Below are positions 58,827 to 64,000 of a DNA stretch of 64,000 bases, piece by piece. A program made the translations under genes and the position numbers. The notes beneath the pieces were generated by a model. That model did no database searches, was not told where the DNA came from, and saw nothing but the letters and a program-made list of their open reading frames with translations. This DNA comes from Chitinophagaceae bacterium. GTDB lineage: Bacteria > Bacteroidota > Bacteroidia > Chitinophagales > Chitinophagaceae. Location: the NCBI GenBank assembly GCA_031372465.1, contig JANMLJ010000244.1:201-64200 (forward strand). Reading direction: 5' to 3'. Position 1 is the stretch's first letter, and each line of letters starts with the position of its first letter.

Positions 58827-59739
58827 TGCTTTCTTTAAAAAAATCAAGAACCAGTTTCCCTATTGCTTCCTGCTGATCTTCCAGGATATAATGCCCGGAA
58901 TCTTCAAACCGGAACACATGGGCTTTTGGCAGATACTTTATCCAGGTATTTAAGAAATGCTTGTCAAAAACCATGTCTTTCATTCCCCATGCAATAAGAG
59001 TTGGGGTATTTCGGAATTGATTTAAGTGTTCCTGTACTTCTGTAACAATTTTATAACCGGGGTCATCAGGTTTAAGCGGGATGTCCTGAATAAACCTAAG
59101 CGTTGCGATTCGGTTCTTCCAGGTATTATATGGCGCAGTTAGTCCTTTACGAACATCTTTTGATAACCTTATACGTTTAGCTCCTTCAATAGTTGCAAGT
59201 ATGCTAAAGGCATTAAATGCACGAATCATAAAACCACCTAACCATGTACGGAAAAACCAAAGTGCAAGAGGTAGTTTTTTTTCTTTAGGTAAATGAAACG
59301 CAGCCGTATTCAACAACACAATTTTTTTTATAGCTGCCGGATGACGGTGTGCATACGCCATTCCAATTATACCGCCCCAATCATGCACAACAAGATGAAT
59401 GTTTTGATTAATCCCCTTTTTTTCCAGAAATGTTTCGAGATCACTAACCCGTTGTTCAAGTGTGTAACTATATACTGCATCATTTGGTTTATCCGAATAG
59501 CCACAGCCAATATGATCCGGAACCAAGCAATGAAAATGCGGTGAAATTTTCCGGATAAGTTCGCGGAAATAAAATGACCATGTTGGATTTCCATGAAGCA
59601 TAACAACAGGATCGCCTTCGCCTTCCTCCACATAATGGTATTGGTGTCCGCCGATGGTTTCAAAGTGGCTACTGAATGGATATAGTTCCGGGCTTACTCC
59701 TTTCATTTCAGTTATAGTTTTCAGCAACGGATCCAGCAT
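58813..59739 (-). CDS. oleB: OleB-like beta-lactone decarboxylase (haloalkane dehalogenase fold)
   Basis: LYPF, HGNPTWSF, PDHIGCGYSDKP, VVHDWGG, WGMKD, GHYILED; overlaps oleC. Confidence 0.82.
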   Translation of the reverse strand: MLDPLLKTITEMKGVSPELYPFSSHFETIGGHQYHYVEEGEGDPVVMLHGNPTWSFYFRELIRKISPHFHCLVPDHIGCGYSDKPNDAVYSYTLEQRVSDLETFLEKKGINQNIHLVVHDWGGIIGMAYAHRHPAAIKKIVLLNTAAFHLPKEKKLPLALWFFRTWLGGFMIRAFNAFSILATIEGAKRIRLSKDVRKGLTAPYNTWKNRIATLRFIQDIPLKPDDPGYKIVTEVQEHLNQFRNTPTLIAWGMKDMVFDKHFLNTWIKYLPKAHVFRFEDSGHYILEDQQEAIGKLVLDFFKESNGNV

Positions 59740-59794
59740 TTTTGGAAGATGGTTTTTATTGTCCTGTTTATTTATTTGAATCCTTTCATTTATA

Positions 59795-61252
59795 TCATTT
59801 ACGGGCTATACCAATAATTTCAAGAAGTCTTTCCGGCTCTACATATACACTTATCCTGGCTAATTGCTGACTTAACCTGTTGGTGATATGCCTGTACAGG
59901 GCTTCGGATTCTACTCCAAACGAACGGAAGGCCTGGATCAGGTGATGATCTTCATTCTTATCCCCATAGACAGACTTCAACAGCACTTTTAAAGCCGTGT
60001 TGTTTCGAATACGTTCCCATCTTCGCCCCGTTCTGAAAAGCTCATTGTACATTTCAGTACAGAGATCCATATGTCTTGTTTCATCCTGTATGGAGATAGT
60101 TGTGGAAATACTGCGAAATAATTTTTCAGGCATATATTCTTCCTTGGCAAAGAACTCAAGGTATGCAGCTCCTATTGCTTCTACTATTACTGCGAGAAAC
60201 ATACCTGCAGCCGGCATAAACCGTGCAAGCCACATATAGCGGCTGGCGCCCTTTATAAGAATAGCCGAAATGAATTCTCTTGCTTCTAATTTCTCTACTA
60301 AATAACGCCTGAAAGTTGCCGAATGCTTTGCTTCATCACTTATGAATGTTGTCATCGCTTCCTGAATCTCACGATAGCGTTTGTAATGGATGATGCCCAT
60401 TGTTAAAGGGGCAATTGCACTTTGCTCCACAACCAAAGCGTGGTTGGCAATGTCTTTAAGTCCGCGAAACTGGCGCTTCAGGATCAAATCCTTCAACCGG
60501 GATAAATCTTCCGGATCGCCGGGCAAACTTTTTGATTCTAAAGTCCGGCGAACCAGTAATTGTGTTTCTTCCAGATCAATCAATATCTGTGGCTCTATTA
60601 AATTAAGTTCTTCCCGGATATTTATTTTTATTTTCTCTGAATCAAAAATGTTTTGTGTCTTTAGTTGTTTATACTCCTTTTGAAGCTGATCAATTTGATC
60701 GGTTAGCCGGGATAACTCAAGTATCTGTTCTTTTTTTTCAGCATCTGTTTCTAATAGTTTAACTATTGTTCCTATTCTAAAAAATCCCAACCGTTGTTGT
60801 TCACGTAAGTCCAAAAATTCACTGTTAAGAATTTCTAACTGGTCCTTAAACTTAGAAACAGGCAATTCAAGATTCTTCAGTGGCGATTGAATCACTAAAA
60901 CCTGTTGAATGGCTGTTCTGTCAAACGGAATACTTTCACCGATATCCTTAAGAGCATCTTCTTCCAGGGGAAGTTTTTCTTCCCGGATCTGAACTATTCT
61001 TCGCTCTAAACTATCTTCTATCATAGGTAAAACCATAAAGAGGATTTTTGAGAACACCTTAGGCTCCAGGTTCTCCAAATTCTCTTTCAGGTTATGCAGA
61101 ATGTTTTGGTTCCAGTCAAATTTGGTATCCTTGATCCAATATTTTTGCTCACTGTCCCTGGTATATTGTGTGAAGTTGCGTGTAGGAGTGATATAGTAAT
61201 CCGGTCTGCCTTTTAAAATTTTTTTCCGGGAGTTTGTATTTTGGATTTGCAT
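59795..61252 (-). CDS. Ferritin-like diiron-carboxylate protein with a long N-terminal helical/coiled-coil region
   Basis: Two motifs: E-x30-EAKH and E-x32-ETRH. Confidence 0.7.
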   Translation of the reverse strand: MQIQNTNSRKKILKGRPDYYITPTRNFTQYTRDSEQKYWIKDTKFDWNQNILHNLKENLENLEPKVFSKILFMVLPMIEDSLERRIVQIREEKLPLEEDALKDIGESIPFDRTAIQQVLVIQSPLKNLELPVSKFKDQLEILNSEFLDLREQQRLGFFRIGTIVKLLETDAEKKEQILELSRLTDQIDQLQKEYKQLKTQNIFDSEKIKINIREELNLIEPQILIDLEETQLLVRRTLESKSLPGDPEDLSRLKDLILKRQFRGLKDIANHALVVEQSAIAPLTMGIIHYKRYREIQEAMTTFISDEAKHSATFRRYLVEKLEAREFISAILIKGASRYMWLARFMPAAGMFLAVIVEAIGAAYLEFFAKEEYMPEKLFRSISTTISIQDETRHMDLCTEMYNELFRTGRRWERIRNNTALKVLLKSVYGDKNEDHHLIQAFRSFGVESEALYRHITNRLSQQLARISVYVEPERLLEIIGIARK

Positions 61253-61323
61253 TTTTTGGTTGATGTTAATATTCTGATTGTGCTTCAGTCTGTCACCGGG
61301 CTGATACTCAAATTAAAGCAGAT

Positions 61324-62418
61324 TTATAATAAAGGGTAATTCCAGTGTTTGATGAAAGATCCGATTTTTTCGGTAACAATTTTGCTTTCTTCTGCTGGTA
61401 ATTCATGTTTTATCCGTACAAAATTTTTTTCCTTATCTACAAACGATCTCATTTTATTTTCACAATAACCGAAATCATCAAGATGGATCGTTTCATATAT
61501 TTTGCGCATATTTTCAATAGGCTCCCGAATAAGATCGTCGTATGCTATTTCAATCAATTGCCCTTCAGTCACCAGATCCTTCTCCAGCAAATAACGATTC
61601 ATGATTTGGGCATATGTATCAAGAATGGTTGAATTAACATCAACCGATTTAGCTCCTCCTATTGCATAGATCGCTTGCGTCACTTTCCAGAATTTTTTAT
61701 TTGAAAGATAAACTTCATATGGATTGCGATGGATAAAAATGAATTTTGCTTTTGGGAAAAGTGAAAGCAGAAGTTTTATTCTTGCTGTATTGGGAGGGCT
61801 TTTAAGCACCAGTTGTTTGTTATGATTGGCCAAAGAGATTTTTTTGAGCAGGAAAACAAAATCCTTTTTCCAAATTTCAATTTCTGACTCAGGTATGTTT
61901 TCAAACAAAACGTATTTCCGGAATTGTTCATTCATCATTTTCGGGAAAAAGTAACCCCATTGTGCTCCTCTGGGATTTAATGATGTGGTCATTGTTGCAT
62001 CCTCTTCACCGGGGTATTTCCAGTTCAGAGGTATTCTATGAACAGTGTCCTTAATTTTAAATAACCGGGAGATGGATTGCATTACAGGTGCCAGCCATTT
62101 TTCACTGCTCAACATTATTTCAGGAAGCACCATCTGATAAACTGAATGATAGCCGAGTCTGTCGTCCTGGGTTAAAAAATCATGCAGGTATGATGTGCCA
62201 CTGCGGTAAAAGCCGAGAATAAAAACAGGATGCTTTGTTATAGTATGCTGACGGATCTTCTTATTATGCATTGCCAGTTCTATCCAGCGCAACGGCTCAA
62301 ACAGAATGGTTTTAATCAACCAGGGCGGTAAATTTTTAATTCCTTTAAGGCTGATCCCCCCGTTTTTATATGCAATTTTCACAAAGGTGTAAATGGGCAA
62401 TGGAAAAAGTCGTTTCAT
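61324..62418 (-). CDS. PAPS-dependent sulfotransferase (Sulfotransfer_3 type)
   Basis: PVFILGFYRSGTS (5'-PSB loop), LVLKSP, FIFIHRNPYEVYLS (3'-PB), YDDL. Confidence 0.9.
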   Translation of the reverse strand: MKRLFPLPIYTFVKIAYKNGGISLKGIKNLPPWLIKTILFEPLRWIELAMHNKKIRQHTITKHPVFILGFYRSGTSYLHDFLTQDDRLGYHSVYQMVLPEIMLSSEKWLAPVMQSISRLFKIKDTVHRIPLNWKYPGEEDATMTTSLNPRGAQWGYFFPKMMNEQFRKYVLFENIPESEIEIWKKDFVFLLKKISLANHNKQLVLKSPPNTARIKLLLSLFPKAKFIFIHRNPYEVYLSNKKFWKVTQAIYAIGGAKSVDVNSTILDTYAQIMNRYLLEKDLVTEGQLIEIAYDDLIREPIENMRKIYETIHLDDFGYCENKMRSFVDKEKNFVRIKHELPAEESKIVTEKIGSFIKHWNYPLL

Positions 62419-62542
62419 GAAAACAGGTTTGAATTACTAAGATAATCTATTGAGGAGTTATCGAAAAGTAGTTAAACGACCGAAATCATTTGCACGGGCC
62501 CTTATCTGGCCTTGTGCCTGCTGGGTAATAAAGGATATTTCA

Positions 62543-63238
62543 TTATTTTAATTGCTCAATAATTTTTACGGCACACGCCTCAGCACTTATGAATGCTGTG
62601 TCCAGCACCAGTTCCGGGTTTTGCGGCGGGTAGTAAGGCGCTGAGATACCGGTAAAATCTTTTATTTCGCCGCTGATGGCTTTTTTATATATACCCTTGG
62701 GGTCTCTTTCCATGCATACTTTTATATCGGTAGCAACATACACTTCAATAAATTTATTACACATCGCTCTTATCTGGTTCCGGATATCATCATAGGGAGA
62801 GATCAGGGATACAAGGACAATTTTACCCTGGCTTTCCAGGATTTTTGCCATATAACCGACATTGAGGTTGTGTCTCTTTCTTGAATCTTCATCAAAACCT
62901 GTCAGTTTGATGGCATTTCTTATTTCATCGCCGTCAAGTAATACAGGCGCCAGCCCCTTTTTCCTGAGCTTCTCAATAACTTCTTTTGCAATGGTTGTTT
63001 TACCGGCGCCACTCAGGCCGGTAAGAAAAACAACAGCAGGAGAAACCCTGAACCCCGTGATCCGGTCCCAAAGTTCATCGAAGGCATAATAGGAAAAGAT
63101 TTTGACGATGGAATCAATCAGTCCAATAGAAAGTGATATGATCAAATTCCCTGTCAGCATATAGGATATCAGGAATGTAATGGCGGAAGAATAGATCCGG
63201 TACATCACGGCTTTGAGTAGTTGCTGCTTCTTTATCAT
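62543..63238 (-). CDS. cysC: Adenylyl-sulfate kinase with an N-terminal DUF2061-like membrane domain
   Basis: TGLSGAGKTT, LDGDEIR, ISPY, RDPKGIY, FTGISAPY; N-terminal ~55 aa hydrophobic hairpin. Confidence 0.92.
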   Translation of the reverse strand: MIKKQQLLKAVMYRIYSSAITFLISYMLTGNLIISLSIGLIDSIVKIFSYYAFDELWDRITGFRVSPAVVFLTGLSGAGKTTIAKEVIEKLRKKGLAPVLLDGDEIRNAIKLTGFDEDSRKRHNLNVGYMAKILESQGKIVLVSLISPYDDIRNQIRAMCNKFIEVYVATDIKVCMERDPKGIYKKAISGEIKDFTGISAPYYPPQNPELVLDTAFISAEACAVKIIEQLK

Positions 63239-63384
63239 GCGTAATAATGGGAAAGCGAATCCGAATCTCCCCCTTTTTCATAATTGAACAATTTAAGTTA
63301 AGATATAATCTCTGGTTTTAACTGGTCAACTTTAGGGAGGTTAAAGTCAGGGTTTACATAAATTGAACCTTGAGAAACAAAGAC

Positions 63385-63410
63385 TTCCGCGCACTGTTCT
63401 GTGCACTGAA
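63385..63410. repeat. Candidate integrase arm-type site (right copy)
   Basis: TTCCGCGCACTGTTCTGTGCACTGAA, 24/26 identical to 34541-34566. Confidence 0.7.
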
Positions 63411-63443
63411 TGACAAAACCCACGACCAGCGTGGGTTTTATCA
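63411..63443 (-). terminator. Island-supplied intrinsic terminator downstream of tRNA-Phe
   Basis: AAAACCCACG-ACCAG-CGTGGGTTTT hairpin. Confidence 0.7.
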
Positions 63444-63451
63444 TTTGAAAG

Positions 63452-63524
63452 TGGTGTGGGGCGGGATTGAACCGCCGACACAAGGATTTTCAGTCCTTTG
63501 CTCTACCAACTGAGCTACCGCACC
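63452..63524 (-). tRNA. tRNA-Phe (GAA)
   Basis: GGTGCGGTAGCTCAGTTGGTAGAGCAAAGGACTGAAAATCCTTGTGTCGGCGGTTCAATCCCGCCCCACACCA: 73-nt cloverleaf, anticodon GAA, CCA not encoded. Confidence 0.97.
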
Positions 63525-63625
63525 TTCATTTTATCATTCATCTCCGCTTCAAAAGCTTGCTCTATCCCGCCACCTGGCGGGACCTTGTTTTTCTAATACT
63601 TCGTCGTCGTATTGAAAAACTACGG

Positions 63626-63644
63626 CCAACTGAGCTACCGCACC
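63626..63644 (-). repeat. Duplicated 5' 19 nt of tRNA-Phe
   Basis: CCAACTGAGCTACCGCACC is identical to 63506-63524. Confidence 0.85.
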
Positions 63645-63702
63645 ATTGCATTAGCTATACAAATAAGTAGCGCCACGCTTTTTCCGCCATTTTAGCGGAC
63701 GG

Positions 63703-63710
63703 CAAAAATA
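63703..63710 (-). promoter_or_regulatory. Bacteroidota -7 promoter element for the tRNA transcript
   Basis: TATTTTTG on the minus strand. Confidence 0.45.
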
Positions 63711-63775
63711 AGGTTATTGGCCTGAAATAGGAAATATGGGCAACAAAAGTTTATTGAAGTCTAAGGCTGAGGGCT

Positions 63776-64000
63776 TTACATCCCATATTCGCTTAAAAAC
63801 TTAATCCGCATTATTTTAAGCTGCTCCCAGTTGAAATTAAATTCGGCCAGCTCTTCCTGAGCTACCTGCAAAGAAGATGTTTCGCAGCCTTTGAAATATT
63901 CAATAATCTCAACCTGATCATCTTCATCCAGCATTTCATCGATAGCATAGGTAAGGTTGAGTTTGGTGCCACTGGCCGCAATGGTTTCCATTTCTTCCAG
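63776..64000 (-). CDS. recQ: DNA helicase RecQ, C-terminal end (gene begins beyond the window)
   Basis: E.IxxSGTKLNLxY...EIIEYF...MRIKFLSE resembles the C-terminal helical domain of Bacteroidota RecQ. Confidence 0.75.
   Translation of the reverse strand: MEEMETIAASGTKLNLTYAIDEMLDEDDQVEIIEYFKGCETSSLQVAQEELAEFNFNWEQLKIMRIKFLSEYGM

Larger units (their letters stand above)
34414..63463. mobile_element. ~29-kb genomic island integrated at the tRNA-Phe 3' end, carrying a biosynthetic gene cluster; no integrase seen
   Basis: 13-bp att duplication, plus a second 26-bp direct repeat inside each end, plus terminator hairpins downstream of both tRNA 3'-end copies. Confidence 0.8.

Noticed and set aside
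79-63089. The many 60-160 aa ORFs overlapping long genes on the opposite strand or in other frames
   Set aside because: They are shadow ORFs of well-supported genes and lack motifs of their own.
63298-63670. ORFs 63298-63483 (-) and 63467-63670 (+) as proteins or an integrase remnant
   Set aside because: They overlap the tRNA and terminator, and no tyrosine- or serine-recombinase motif is visible.

Overview
This is a Bacteroidota (probably Chitinophagaceae-like) chromosomal window, judged from gene content and TAnnTTTG promoter motifs. Positions 1-34.4 kb are mostly core or accessory genes: a serine hydrolase, M20 amidohydrolase, chrA, nadD, feoA, ybeY, mnmG, a SET + ATP-grasp + ATP-grasp/SET operon, a Pif1-like helicase, a GxxExxY gene between 30-bp inverted repeats, ssb, pseudouridine catabolism genes, a formate cluster (mobA-fhs-fdhD-orf-FDH subunits), a GH3 glycosidase and an HTH-PRTase gene. 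Positions 34,414-63,463 form a ~29-kb island bounded by a 13-bp direct repeat of the tRNA-Phe 3' end, with no recognisable integrase. The island is almost entirely one unusual lipid biosynthetic cluster. It encodes FAAL, a luciferase-like monooxygenase, a one-module PKS and a Gly-type NRPS without a thioesterase. It also encodes a fused two-domain LstA/LstB(OleA)-like KAS-III, OleB/C/D homologues, a ferritin-like diiron protein, a P450, a membrane hydroxylase/desaturase, an SDR, a PPTase, a sulfotransferase and its own PAPS supply (cysD, cysN, cysC). The window ends with tRNA-Phe and the 3' end of recQ. All calls come from motif recognition by eye; no database searches were run.
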